From: the human T2T-CHM13v2.0 reference genome, Homo sapiens
DNA: 64,000 nt
Strand: one strand, 5' to 3'
Assembly: GCF_009914755.1 (NCBI RefSeq)
Contig: NC_060932.1
Both the position numbers and the translations under genes were made by a program. Within the stretch, counting starts at the first letter, position 1. Each line of letters begins with the position of its first letter. The notes under the pieces were generated by a model. That model ran no database searches and was not told where the DNA came from. It saw nothing but the letters and a program-made list of their open reading frames with translations. Below are positions 34,651-63,887 of this stretch, one piece after another.

Positions 34651-35607
34651 ATCGGGAAGGTGTTAGTCTGAATCACTAAGTCCAGGCAAGCCCTCAGAAT
34701 AGGAGAGAGTGTTCCTAGCAAGGAAAACAACTCTCCATTCCAAATAATCAGGAAAGAACTTTAGGGATGTGGAGCTTGGCTATGGGAATAGAAAGGAACC
34801 ATTCCAAGTGCCTATTAGGCCGCTCTTACCTTTACTGAGCCAGAGAATGGCTCTGAAAACAGGACAGATGCCAACTTCCTTCCCGAAAGTCAGGCTGATC
34901 TTGACCACAATACAAATTGGCCCTTAGAGCCTATACAGGGAGTCCCAGGGGTCTCTGCCATTGTGCAACCTATTTTGTAGATAATAATCAAGAATCGGAC
35001 GTGAAGGGGAGGAGTTTGCAACTTGGTCAGGAATGTATAAGAAGGAATAAGCTAATTCTGACTATGCCCTTTATCCATGACACTATCCAGGAATTAATGA
35101 CTCTCCCAGAGGATTCCTGGAATGATTTTGTTGAGGGATGGAATGTATAAAGAGGAAGGAAGTGTTATTTTATGCTGCCATTTGGAAGCAACAAAGGAGA
35201 TCAACAGTATGAAAACAATCAATCAAATTTGAAAATGAACAAAGTTTTCACAATCCCAGCCTAATACTTAGAGAGCTCACAGCTTGGATGCATAAGTAAA
35301 GAGTTCTCTGCTGGTCTTTAAGACAAACTCTCACACAAAACTTGGGAAAAAGGACAAAAATGTTGCATTAGGGGGTTTTCTGTGGTTTGTTTGCAATAAC
35401 TATAATTGGCTCAATCAATAATTATTTTTTAGTATACACACTAAGGGCCCCTGTAGCATTTTTTCCCATCGATAAATAATCCTTAGTCTAGAAAATGCCG
35501 AGGGATGTTCTCCACCCTTGTCTATAAATGCACTTCTAGATGACTTTATAAAAGGCTCCTCCTTCAAGTTTATAGAATATTATAAGACTACATTAAAGGA
35601 GAAGAGA

Positions 35608-37668
<2,061 letters not shown>

Positions 37669-38666
37669 TAAAGGCATTCCTTCTCCCCCCAGAGAAAATA
37701 GAATCCAGGAAAGAGCCCAGGAAATTCTGGAAGAGGAGCCAAAGGAGAAGACATCATCAGAGAGATAAGGAGAAGCTTGGAGGAAAGCATGTAACCAATG
37801 TCAGGGAGGAAGCCCTGGTGTGTCAAAGGCAGCAAGAAGCACAGCAAGATAGCAGAGGAAGGTCTGTTGGATTTAATCACATGAACGCAGCTTCCTGGCT
37901 GCACCCCTCATGAGTGGGATGACAGCTCCATCCACCGGCATCCTCTCCTTCATTCCCTTCATTCAATCCATCTCCAGAAACGGCTGCTTTTCTGTTCTCC
38001 CAGCACCCTGCCCTACCTTCTCCAAGAGTTCCCAAAGCATGATTCCAGACAAGCAGCATCCACATCATGTGTGTATTTGCTGCAAATGCGGGTACACAGC
38101 CTGAATTAGAATCTCAGGAGATGGGGCCCAGAAAACTATTTCAATAAGCCCTGGATCGCTTGATGAAGTTTGAGACCCTCTGCCTTCTCCATCATTCCCA
38201 GTGATCCTCTTCCACAATCCCAGTGCTACTTATGAATCACAGATAAAATAATGCCCGTCTCTGCTTAAAACCATCCAGAGGGGTCCTGCTATCTTCAGAA
38301 TTAAGTTCAAAGCCATTCTTCCCAGTGGTCCATGTTCTGTGAGCTTTTTCAGATGCCTTGTCCCCTCTGTTCAAAGCACTGTTCACCCACCACCTACCCA
38401 TCCACTGACACTGCTACCCACCAGCCTGCCATGCTCTTCTTCATCCTTTGTGACTCACCTTCCAGTATCCTCTGACCTCCAGACAAGTTTCCACAGGGGA
38501 ATGGGAGTGCCTGAGATAATACTGCTCACTTCTGTGAAAATCGCTCTTCCTGCCTCTTAAATCAACTCCTTGAGGAATGGACCCACTATCAGTCTTGTTT
38601 AACAATGAATCTTCAGTGGCAACGTAAGTGCCCAGCATCTAATAGCAACTCAATAATCCTTTGATG

Positions 38667-39512
<846 letters not shown>

Positions 39513-40828
39513 AAATTGTATTTTATGTTATCAAAGATAGAAGAGATAATTAGTTTAGATGCTGATGGGACCGAGCTGAGAGAGGGAGAACTGAAGATAC
39601 AGGAGCAAAGGGGATGATGTAGCCAGATGTAGGCATCTCCAGGGCAGTTTCCATCTTTGTTCAGTGCCTGGAGCTCTCAGCTGTGTGTGGAACTGAGGTG
39701 AGGAAGAATGCATTCCTGAACACAGCCTCACCTCCAGGTGGTGATTCTTCCAGGTAGGAACTTCAAAGGCCAGGCCAGGTCTCCTTCTCTGGACTCCCAG
39801 AGCCCTCCCCCCTTCCTCTATCACAGCACAGGTTCATGTGCTCATGTGTGTAAATAACCTGTTTAATTCTCTTTCTCTATTGCTAGATTCCTTGTGGGCA
39901 AAGACTATGTCTTTCTCTTTCATAACTATATCCTGAAGACCAGGCATGATGTCCAGTCTCTAAAATTGTTTTGAATAAATGAATGAGCATATAAACAAAT
40001 GAATGAATGAATAAATGGATGTATGTGCATATAGTTTAAGTTTCTACTTCCTGGGACTGTCAGTCTTTTTCACCCCACTCAGTCCTATGCTGCCTCCTCA
40101 GCTCATGCCAAATCTCTTCCCTTTTGTCTACCTACTTCATTACAGATAGCAAAAGACTCAGCAATAGCTTCTCTGAATCTATTAGTCAGGATCTCCTGGT
40201 GACAAATGACAGAAACTCAGCTCAAATGGGCAAAAGCAAAAAAAAAAAAAAAAAAAAAAAGTGTATATTAGTTTATGTAACTGAAAAAGCAGGAATGATT
40301 CAATCTAGAGGCTTACACAATAGCCCATCTCTGTAGTTTCATCTCAGTCAGGATCTATCTCCACCTGGGGCAAAGGTGGCTGGCAGCCTTTGGAGGCTTA
40401 CACAAGCCTCTCAAAGACAGAACCCCTCTTTCCCTCCAAGGCGAAAGCCTTAGACAGGATTCCAGTTGTCTCCCGCAGTCATGTGCCCACTCTGAGGCCA
40501 GTGGATCAACTGGATCCCAGCCCCCATCCTGTGGTAGCTTTGGGGCCCTTCGGTTGGTAGCACCATCAGGAAGGGGAAAGACAAGTTCTAAAAGGAAAGG
40601 ATGGGCACGCAAAAAGGAACAGATGTTCTCTGCATTGACTCTTTGGGCAATTGTGTTGCTAAGCTCCTGAGAGCTACATAGAATGTAGCGCAGATGTTTT
40701 TAAAAACCTGGTTTTCAGAATTACCTTTTGTGAAATAGAGATTTCGAAAGTCCACCTAAGAACTGCTAAACCAGAATGTTCAGAGAGTGACGCCTAGGAT
40801 TTCATATTTTTTTAAAGCTCCATAAGTA

Positions 40829-41104
40829 GGCCAGGTGTGGTGGCTAGATCTTGTAATCCCAGCACTTTGAGAGGCCAAGGTGGGAGAATTGCTTGAGCCC
40901 AGGAGTTCAAGACCAACTCAGGCAAGATGGTGAGACCCTGTCTTTAAAAAAATTAAAAATTAGCTGGGTGATGCATGCCTGAAGTCCCAGCTATATGAGA
41001 GGACCCCTTGGGTCCAGGAATTTGAAGAGGCAGAGAGCTATGATTGCACCTCTGCACTCCAGCCTGGGTGACAAAGTGAAACGCCAGCTCTAAAAAAAAA
41101 AAAA
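40829..41104 (+). mobile_element. Alu (AluJ-like)
   Basis: Alu consensus. Confidence 0.88.
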
Positions 41105-41399
41105 GACAGTTCCACAGGGGAAGGGAGAAACAAATAAGTTGAGGAATGAATGTCAGAGCAGATGGCAAGTGGCTTCTAAAGTCCCATAGACTTGTTTCAA
41201 TCTGGCTGTGCCCCCAGATAGCTGCCTGACCTAGAGGAGACCTTGCTGTTCTGAGCCTGACTTTCCTGATTTGTAGCAGGGAAAGAAATAAAGGAGTGGC
41301 CAGAAGAGTGTGGGAACCATACCTCTCTGCCAGAGCTTTTGAGAGAATTAAATGAGACAAGATATGAGAAATGGTCTAGCACAGGTTTAGTAAATGAGA

Positions 41400-41775
41400 A
41401 TTTCTTTCCCTCTTTCTCCTCCGTCATCCTTCCTTTCCTACTTTCCTTCCTTCCTTCTCTCTCTCTTTCTCTTTCTTTCTCTTTCTTTCTTTCTTTATTC
41501 TTTCTTTCTTTATTCTTTCTTCTTTCTTTCTTCTTTCTTTCTCTCTCTCCCTTCCTTCCTTCCTTCTCTCTCTCTCTCTTTCTCTCTTCCCCTTCCCTTC
41601 CCTCCCCTTCCCTTTCCTTCCTCCCTCCCTTCTCCCTCTTTTTCTCTCTTCTCCTTCCCTTCCCTTTCTTTCTTTCTTCCTTCATTCCTTTTTTCCTTCC
41701 TTCCCTTCCCTTCCCTTCCTTCCTTCCTTCCTTCCTTCCTTCCTTCCTTCCATCCTTCCTTCCTTCCTTCCTTCC
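41400..41775. repeat. Polypyrimidine tract, (CTTT)n/(CCTT)n, expanded from the tail of Alu 41777-42040(-)
   Basis: About 375 bp of almost pure C/T. Confidence 0.95.
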
Positions 41776-43898
41776 GATAGTGTCTCACTCTGCCACCCAG
41801 GCTGGAGTGCAATGTCATGATCACAGTTCACTGCAGCCTCAACCTCCTAGGCTCAAATGATCCTCCCACCTCAGTCTCCCTAGCTAGGACTACAGATGCC
41901 CAGCTAATTTTAAAATTTTTGTAGAGATGGGTTTTTGCTATGTTGCTCAGGTTGATCTCAAATTTCTGGGCTCAAGCAATCTGCTTGCCTCAGCCTCCCA
42001 AAATGTTGGGATGACAGGTGTGAGCCACTGTGCCTGGCCTCACCCTCCCTTTCTAATGTATCACAAAGTCCTTTAGATTCTGCCTCTGAAACACTCTAGG
42101 CTCTGTCCACACATCCCCTGGCCCATTGCTACTGCTGTCTTGCTGCCTACCATCACCCTGTGCCTGGGGGTCTCTGCAGTATCTTCTCCCTGCAGGCTTC
42201 TCAAAGGCACAGGAGTAGGCTACCTCAAAAGCTAACAGAGCAGATCACTCTCCAACATATAGGAATTTAGTACTCTCCTTGCTCTGAGTATAAAGTACAA
42301 TTATCTTCCTACCTGTTCAAGATCTGCCCTCAGATTACCTGTCCTGCCTCATCTGCTGCCATATCACCTGCTCCGATCTAGGCTTCAAACTTATGGAGGT
42401 AATTTCTAATGTCTCTGAAATGCTAGGCACATTCTCCCCTTGGATCTCTACCCTTGCTCTTTCCTCTGCCTGAGAGATGTTCATTCAGCAACCCCCATCC
42501 CGAGTCTCCATGTCTCATTTTGAATGTCACTTCTTCATGGAAGCCCTACCTGATCTCTACTTTCCTGGTTCCCCTTATCCATGGTTATCTTGATCACAAT
42601 AGCCAGCAATCGTTAACCACTGTGGTACCCTTCTCATTCACCAGGCTATTCATGTTTCATTTTCTTTCACAACACCCCCTTAGAAAATTACACTTCCTCC
42701 TTTTACACTTCAGGGTACTGAGATTTAGAGTCAGCAGGTAACGTTCTCAAGGTCACATAGCAATGCATTGCAAAGATTCACCCTAGGTCTTTCTGATTCC
42801 TTGTCACCAGCCTTCTCCACTTTTTGCTACTTCCCATCAACCACACCATATTGAAATTGCCTATTTCCTCCTCCTGCTTCCCCATTAGAATTGGAACTAC
42901 TTGCTTATATGTCATGATATCGCCCATGCTTAGCACAGACTGGGTACCTAGAACAGACCCAATTACACGGTTGAATAAATGCAGTCGGTGTGCTCAGGTG
43001 CTGAGATCCATGGCCAGAAAGAGTCTGGTGATAGATTTATGCCCAGAGGAGTTTGTACCTGCCTGGTTGCTTGAGGGTTAAAATGGGTTAAAATATAGGA
43101 TGATGACTCAGAGCTGGAGACAACCTTAGCATTCGCTTTCCAGATGAAGCCCCTGGAGAAGACGCAATCTTCCTGAGATCCCTCTACTGGCTTTTGGCTG
43201 AATTAGCTTATGACCTCAGGGCCCTGGTTGCATCCTAACTGATTATCAAAGCAAAGTAAGACCTCAGGTCTTCTGAGATGCAGGATGCTTACTTGCCTTA
43301 CTACTAAGATGAAGCTTTCAAACTCACCCCGTTTCCAAGTCCATGCCAGGTCTTATGCCCACACCCAGACTGGCCCAGTCAACAAATATTTATCGGGCAC
43401 CTCCGATAAACAAAGGAGGCACCCGTGTGGAAGAAACAGATTCAACAGTCTAGTAGAGAAGAGTGGCATGATACAAGTATTTACATACATAATTACCTAA
43501 ACAGATGCAAAGGCACAAAGTAGTGGGGTGAGGAAGTACAGAGTATGTGGGGGCATCTGACAGCCTAGGAGTTCCAGGAAGTTTCTCAGCCAAGACATGG
43601 AGGGTGGGTAGGAGTTAGGTAAGCCAAATATCCTGAGACCCTGCTATGGGAGAGGGGGAGACATGCTCAGGAAATGGAGAGCAAAGCAGAATGGAAGGAG
43701 CAGGAAGGACAAGAGAATTTCCACCCCTGGGGGAGACCCATGGGTGGGCCCAAGTCAGATCATCCAGGGCCCTGGTGAAACAGTTTGGACTGTTATCTAA
43801 AGACAAACTCCACAGTGGGGAAGGTCACATTGATCCCACCAGGGCTATCTGGGTCCTGTGGTCAAGGTGGCACCATCCTCATGGTCAAGGGGAAAGTA

Positions 43899-45270
<1,372 letters not shown>

Positions 45271-46108
45271 AATAACGCTAGCATTTGTAGTGTGTTTTCT
45301 GTGTACCTAGTACTGTGCAAAACACTTCTCATTGAATCTTCATGACAACCACATGAAGAGGTAACTATGATTATGCACATTTGACAGACAGATGAGAAAA
45401 AAGACTGAGGAATTAAGTAAATAGTGCAAGGTCCCCCAGCAAAAAAGTGAAAGAGCTGGGATTCAAGCCCGAGTCTGCTCTGACATCCAGCCTGACTCAT
45501 CTGCCATCTCTTACTGCTAAGATACTTTAGGAAGTTTCAAAACCTGAAAAATCCATGATGGCTTGTGCCAGTTTAACATGTTTTAAGGCTGTTTCAGCTG
45601 CTTTGAACTTTTGATGAGGTGCCCTGTGTGACTCTGGACGGCTCCCAGATGAAGCACTGAGGAAGCATTCCCCGAGGTGCTGGGGCCTCCTCAAGATCTA
45701 ATAGCAATGTGGCATGATGAACGCAGAGCGGACAGAAACCACATCTTTGCGCCCCAGCCTCATGAACCCTCACCAGGTCTACTCAGGCCAGACAGGGATC
45801 CTGAGGTTGTTTTTCCAGGAGCCTGGCAGGGCCCTCTCTCTCTCCCTAACAAACCAGGCTGTCATTCCCCTCACCTTGTAAATAATCTCCCTCCCAGGCA
45901 CCGAGACTGCTGCCTTCTGCAGCATAAATGTGAACACTGTTGTGGAATGCCTGCCACACTCCCGTGGGCTTTTGCCAGAGGGCCTCCCGCCAGTAATCTG
46001 CCCTTCAGAAACTGGCCTTGGATTTCTCAGTCTCCATTTGTGACCTTGGTGGCGAGAGGTTTGGGAGTCTAAATGCAAGGAAATCAAAGATCAGAGCCGT
46101 GAGAGTTA

Positions 46109-48230
<2,122 letters not shown>

Positions 48231-48519
48231 AAAACTGTCATTTAAGAAATTACTATTTTATGAAAGGTTTTGTGCTAAGGATTTTATATACCATCTAATC
48301 AGCTGAACAATTCTACAGATGGTGCATTACTATCAGCTTAATTGCATTAATGAGAAAACTGGCTGTCCAAATTGGGAAAGGGGCAGTTGTAAATGAATGT
48401 CAAGGTCACATAGCTCACAGTGGTGGTCTTTAGGTATAATCCCAGCTCGATCTGATTCCAGAGTCCTTGCTGTAAAACCTTAGGCTGAATTGCCTGGAAA
48501 TGACTCAGTGGTGCCCCAG

Positions 48520-49340
<821 letters not shown>

Positions 49341-49696
49341 CTGCGGTTGATTAGGTCTAGGTGTTCCCAGGCAAACTGGGATGTATGATCACCTATCCAC
49401 AGAAGAGAAAACAGGTGCAAGTAGGTGAAGATGGCATAGCCAGCAAGTGGTAGAGTAGGTATCAGAATCCTGAAATAAAATAACACCCAACATTCCCCTG
49501 TGACTTTTCTGACAGCCCGAGTTCTTCCAACCTTTTAAAACTCTGATCAAAACTAGCTTCTGCCAGGAAGCCCTTCCCAACTAACTCCAGCTCCTTCTGC
49601 ATCTTTGTCTTCTGACAGCCACCTTGCACTGTACTTGATGAATTTTCTGTTGAATTATAGACTGTGGTTTTTCATGTGTGTGTGCACATGTGTAAA

Positions 49697-50200
<504 letters not shown>

Positions 50201-50217
50201 GTTTTTCTCTTATGATG

Positions 50218-50980
<763 letters not shown>

Positions 50981-52789
50981 GATAAGAACCTCCAGGGCTG
51001 GATTTATAGCATAAATCAACTCCACTCCCAGTGCTAAACTAGCAAGTACACACAGCAGGCACTCAACAATCCAGGAAAGACCCATTCACAGGGTTGGATC
51101 TGAATGAGGGCAATGAGCTCCGTTCACTGGAAGCCAGTTTTATTTTCTCCTTCCAGCCTTCTGTACAGCCAACCACTCCCAAGCCCATTTCCTTCCCTTT
51201 TTTGACATGGCTTTCTCTTCCTGCTCCCCACCCACCCTTGCTGCCTCTTTTCTTTCTTCCTCCCACTTTCCCGCCTTGAATGACAGTTTAAGGGAAGCCG
51301 TATGTGTATGCATGTGAGTGTGCATGGGCATGCATTCTGGAAGCAAGGAAGCCCCTCCTCACTTCGAGCACCTTCACCCATCCAAGCATGTCATTATTCT
51401 CTGCTTTTAGGGTGCAAGGCCATTAGGGTTCCTCTGAAAGTTGAACTAAATTCTCAACCCTTAGTCAAATGTCCTCTCCTAGCCACATACCCTTCCGATT
51501 TTTTTCTTCCAGAAGTCCCAGGCGAAAAGGTTCCTCATTGTTAGCACTGCCTGTGCCTTCCTCTTTTTAGTTTCTGGATGTCAGTTCACTTTTTTGGTGA
51601 AAAATTAACAATATGTTGTCACTTTATGAACACTGTGTGCCAAGCAGTGTGCCAAGCCCTTCACACACATTATCTTGCCCATTCTTTATGTGTTTCTCAT
51701 TGTACCGAGGAGAATACTGAGGGCTTAAGCAACAAGGTAGTTTGTCAAAAGTCATGCAGCTGATTGAAGGTGGAGTCAGAATTCGAACCTACGTTCATCA
51801 GATTCCAGAGTGCATTCTCTCCACCACAGTATAGGGTTGTGAAAGCAACCTTTGGGAACATTATTCCTTTAGACTGCTTCCTAGCCAAGCTTCCTGAAAA
51901 CACATAAGACCATTGAGTACTAACTGCTGTTTTCTTTAAGGAGTTAAGGTTAACAGACTCTTTACACTTCCCTTCTCCTCTGAAATCACTGGAGTGGGAG
52001 TAGGGTTGCAGCTAAAAGGGAACTCATTGACAACCTGCAGATTTTTATACAAAATCCCCTTGGAACTGGTTTTTCTCATAGCAGTTGCTTTGAGTTTCTG
52101 AGTGCAATAACTTAAGGTCTAAAATGAAAACGCCTCAAAATTTCAAAATACTCCTCCTTGTTGGCAGATTTCCATTAAACCTGATTCAGCATTTTCAGTC
52201 AGGGAACAAGTCACAAGATATCCCCAAATCAGAGGCAACTAACAGACACTCTAATCATGTTAAACTTCTCGCAGTTTTATGAACAAACCATTCTCTCCTG
52301 CCTCTTTGTACCTTTTCCTTCTGCCTGACACCTCTCTCTGAACCCAACTATTTGCCAGTGGCACAGTTTTGAGGGAGGCATTTAGCCATCCTGGCTCTGC
52401 CCTGGAGGAGTCCTTATCTGAACCCTAAAGCAGCCCTTGATGTCTCACTCCTAGGGAAGCCTGGGAAGGAGAAGGTTGTTAAAATCTGGGCCCTGCCCCA
52501 AATCTACTACGTCAGAATCTCTAGGGTGGATCCTGGGGAAGACGCATCTCAACAAGTTCTCCAGGCGCTTGGGAAGATGTCCTGGACCAAGGTTCCAAGC
52601 GTTGAATCGTTACTTCATCTTCACAATTTTTATCTTGTACTTTAAAAAAATTAACAAACACTGATGTGGAGCTTACTGTGTTCCAGGCACTCATGCAGTG
52701 ATCATAGCAACCCTAGTGAGGAAGGCACCGTCATCATCCCTGTGCTGCAGACAAGGAAACAGGGGCACCAAGAGGTTAAGGAACTGGTC

Positions 52790-53158
<369 letters not shown>

Positions 53159-53423
53159 TTATATCTGTGGATTTTTTTTTTCATTTAAATAATTGATTTG
53201 AATTTCATGTCAAATCTATGAGGGCAGAGATTTTCAGCTGTTTGTTCACTGCTGGATACCAATGGGCTAGAACAATGCCAGGTGGAGTAACAGTCAATAT
53301 ATATTTGTTAAGTGAATAAATGCATAGAGAAAATCTCAACCCGGAATTAAGGTGTTGGTTATATTTTTTCCTTATATTCACTAAAATTACACAGATATAA
53401 TTATTACCATAAAAAGTCTATGT

Positions 53424-54899
<1,476 letters not shown>

Positions 54900-55419
54900 T
54901 CAAACTCTGGGACTGGTGCAGTGACCTCACCAGAAGGCATGAGATCCAGCGAATTATTCAGAATATTGGTTCTGCTTCGGATGAGATGCCAGTGAGAATA
55001 TCACCAGCTAACTGCAGGCAGGGAGGAAGTCAATGGTAATTAAACTTTGTTTCCTTGTACACAGCAGCCAACCGCAAGGTACACAGGAAATACACAGGCA
55101 GAAGTTGCCAAGAGCAACTGCAGATGAAAACTAGTAATAAAATCAGGTACCACTCCAAAAAGAGACACTGGAGAAGAACGAAACTAGAGCTATACGGAAT
55201 TGTGCCTGAGATGGCACACACGCTTATGATGTATCAGGTCACTACCATCCTAACATATCAAACTGAAAATGTCACCCCCATCTGGAGAGTGGGACACGTT
55301 TTATTGAAACAATGTTTTCTCTTGTTTGTTTATATGCTCTGCACTAGTGGCTGGTTCAGTAATAAATCTGTAAGGGCCTTTTTTTAAATAAATAAATAAT
55401 AAATTAGGAAAAAAAAAAG

Positions 55420-55815
55420 ACTGTGGCTCCTATCTTGGGCACTTCTTGCTTTCTGCCTCCCATCAGTCATCCCAGGGGACGCCAGCTGCCACTTTGATGG
55501 CTGCACTTTGGAGAGGCCCACAGAGGAGGAACCAATGTCTCCAGCCAACAGTCAGCAAAGACCTGAGAAGACCTGAGGCCTTTCCAAAGCCGTGTGAGTG
55601 ACGCTGGGAGGGAATGCTCCCAGAGTCCAGCCTTGAGAAGACCGCAGCTTTGACAGAGAGCTTGAGTGCAGGCTCCAGAGAGACCAGGAGCAGAACCACC
55701 AACTAGGCTGAGCCAGGATTCCTGTCTCTTAGAAGGTGTGAGATAATTAGTGTTTATTGTTTTTGCTTGCTAACTTTTGGGGTAATTTGTCACACAGCAA
55801 CAGATAATTAGTATA
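55420..55815 (+). mobile_element. MLT1E/F-like MaLR LTR
   Basis: GGAGAGGCCCAC...CTCCAGCCAACAGTCAGCAA...GGGGTAATTTGTCACACAGCAACAGATAA. Confidence 0.7.
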
Positions 55816-55837
55816 TCATTTTAAAAAATTACTCTGG

Positions 55838-56455
<618 letters not shown>

Positions 56456-56499
56456 ACTCCATAGAGATAGTCATTAGCTTTGTTCACCAAATATTTCCA

Positions 56500-57180
56500 G
56501 TTCTCCCTCCTCCTGGGAACATGGTAGAATTAACTTCCCTGCCCCCTCTGTTAGGTGTGGCCTTCTTATGTGCCTTGGCCAGTGAAATGTGAGTGGAAGT
56601 GAGATATGACACTTTCAGGCAAAAGTTTTTCTGTGCAAGTCACTTTGGATGTGTCTCTTTGTTCCTGTATGGCAATCTTGGAAGCATAGGGATAAAGCTT
56701 TTTCGTCTGGGCTCCTGGATGAGCATGACACAGGACAGAACCACCCAGTGAACCCAGGAGGAACATACAGTGTAAGAAATAAGCCTTTGTTGAGGCCGGG
56801 CACTGTGGCTCAAGCCTGTAATCCCAGCACTTTGGAAGGCCAAGGTGGGAGGATCACCTGAGGTCAGAAGTTCAAGACCAGCCTGGCCAACATGGTGAAA
56901 TGCCATCTCTACAAAAAATTCAAAAATTAGCTGGGCGTGGTGGCACATGCCTGCAGTCCTAGCTACTCAGGAGGCTGAGGCAGGAGAATCGCTTGAACCC
57001 AGGAGGCAGAGGTTGCAGTGAACTGAGACTGCGCTACTTTACTCCAGCCTGGGCAACAGAGTGACCCCACCTCCAAAAAATTAAAAATAACAATAATAAT
57101 AAAAATAAGCCTTCATTGTTGTAAGTCACTGAGACTTTGGAGTTGTTTGTTACTACTAGCTTACTTTGACTCATATAAAC
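56500..57180 (+). mobile_element. MLT1I/J-like LTR interrupted by Alu 56794-57105(+)
   Basis: GGCCAGTGAAATGTGAGTGGAAGTG...AGAAATAAGCCTT...AAGTCACTGAGA. Confidence 0.65.
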
Positions 57181-57444
57181 CACAGTGTCTCTTTGACAAT
57201 TATAATTTAACTCAAAATGTAATTCAATCAAACCTGCAGCTAATCAACAGACCACATTACCATTTTGTTCACCTGAGTTATTAGTATTTGCATCTGAACC
57301 AAGATTTACTATGGTCACTTAATAGGGATATCCACAAAGATCATCATTTTATTATAGTCACCTTTGTAAGAATTCACTGGAGAAACCTCTATCTCAGTGC
57401 CAAGATAACTCTTCTCTTTGGAACCAGAGATTATAACCTTACTT

Positions 57445-57760
<316 letters not shown>

Positions 57761-58774
57761 ATAACCTTACTTTTAATATATGTATTTTATTTTAAGCTCT
57801 GAGGACATTAGGAGCAAATAAATGAAGAAATTTCCCTTTTTGCCCTGGCTAGTAGGAAGCTCCAAGTCAAACTGCAGTCTATCTACAGCAAGCTCATAAG
57901 ATTGTATGGCGCTTATTTTTAGTACTAACCTTGTCCTGGCTTCATTCTATTTTTCTTTTTTTAATTTTTGTTATCCTGATTTCTTTACTTATTTTTTCTC
58001 TTGTTGAAATATATACTCATGAGGAACCTCACATCCATTTTCAAATGAGGAAAGAACATTAAAACACAGGCAGCATAACTTGTAAACATCAGTGACAGAA
58101 CAAGCTCAAGCATTAGCATCAGAAAATATCTGGGCTTCATCTGAGTTTGACTACGTAGTAGCTGTGTAACTTTGTAAGAATCATTGTGTCTCAGTTTCTT
58201 CCTTTATAGAAGTCAGGGTGAGAGACTAATAATATCTCCCTTGAAACTTTGTGTTGAAGATTATACTGGGGAAAGTACTTGGCCCTTCATAAGAGCTCTT
58301 ACCAAATTTTAGTTCTTTCCTTCCTCAACCCCAAATCCTTTGAGTAGCTATTTGCTCTTGGCCTTGCTCAATCATCTTCCCAGACAGTATGCAATGCACC
58401 CTGGTGAGCTCAGAAACATCCCCTGCTGAGGAAATGGATTTCAGCTGCATCAGGAGAAACTTAGGTCAGAAAAAAGATGGGGAAAAAAAGGACTGGATAA
58501 GAGAAAATTATGTCTGGCCAGTGCCTACTTCAATCCTTAGCATAAATGAGCTCATGCAATCACAGTGGGAACAAGCAGGGAGAAACTCCGGTTTCTGGTA
58601 GACACTGGTAGACGCTGCAGTGTGCCACAGAGGCCATGGGGCTGCCTCTGAGAGGCGTCCTAAAGGGGAACCTCTTCAGTGTGGTCCTGCTGGAAAGCAG
58701 GAGATAGGTGATTCCAGTTCACATTTTAAAATAGTATTCATATATGTAATTCTGTGTGATGCATAAGGTGTCAA

Positions 58775-59310
<536 letters not shown>

Positions 59311-59580
59311 TGCAAAGTAACAAAGCATTGTGGCATGGTTCAGTATTTATTAAAGCATCCACAGAGTGTGGAGAGAGAAAAATGCTTATGACCTGGGCTT
59401 GCTCCTTAAGCAACTCATAACTCACGCAGCAGTAGGGGAGACGAAGTGTCCACATATAATTGCCTTTAAGTGTGGCCAGCGCAGCAATAGAGAAATGAGT
59501 GAGGAAGGAAGTACAACCTGAGCTCAGCAGGGGAGAGGACAGCTCTTCTCAAAGTAGAGAGGAAGGGGACTCTTTGGTAG

Positions 59581-59976
<396 letters not shown>

Positions 59977-60018
59977 AGCAAGGTCTGTAATCTAAAACAA
60001 ACTTTTTTTTGGTTTCCT

Positions 60019-60229
<211 letters not shown>

Positions 60230-60597
60230 TAACATATAGCATTTTTTATTCTCAATCCACAATTATACATATTATACAGCATATATATGTGGCCTAGGGG
60301 TTACATATGTATTTTTAAATGTTTTATTACTTAAAGGATTGAGTATCAGTTTCCTATATAATAGAAACTGGGCATGCCAGTACACAGGCAATCCATGAAG
60401 CACTGTTCACACGTCTTGATTTTCAAAATAACCTTACAAGGTAAAATAGTAATATGCCCAATTGGTAGATAAGCAAACTGTATCTAGTGGCAAGTATTCA
60501 TGAGTAAAAAGAATAGAGCACTCCTGACTTCAAGTCCGGTACTCTTTCCGTTTACCGCCTCGCTCCTGAGTAGCTGTTAAGGGACATCTATCTTCTT

Positions 60598-63546
<2,949 letters not shown>

Positions 63547-63704
63547 TGTTTCTTTATAAATGTATTTGTCTCTTTCCTTCACCAGCCCCTAGTGACAAAG
63601 ACTACTTCTGTCTTGTCAACTCTGGAATCCCTGGCCTCCAGCATAAGGTAGAACCTACATCAGGGACTCAACAACTATTAAGGGGAGGAATGAAACAAGA
63701 AAAT

Positions 63705-63812
63705 AAGGAAAGCAGGGAGGGAGGGAAGGAAAAAGAAAGGGAGGGAGGGAGGGGCGAAGGAAGAAAGGAAGGAAGGAAGGAAGGAAAGAAGGAAGGAAGG
63801 ATGGAAGGGAAA
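63705..63812. repeat. (GGAA)n/(GGGA)n purine tract
   Basis: Seen directly in the sequence. Confidence 0.9.
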
Positions 63813-63887
63813 CCAGAGATTCCCCAGGCAAGTGAGGTGGGAAGAGCATTCCAGGCAGGCAACTATGTGCAAAGGCTCAGAGGTCAA

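Noticed and set aside
41197-41860. Four 100-170-aa ORFs rich in F/L/S/P or R/K/E/G
   Set aside because: A stop-free by-product of the CT microsatellite; the same applies to ORFs at 63447-63896.
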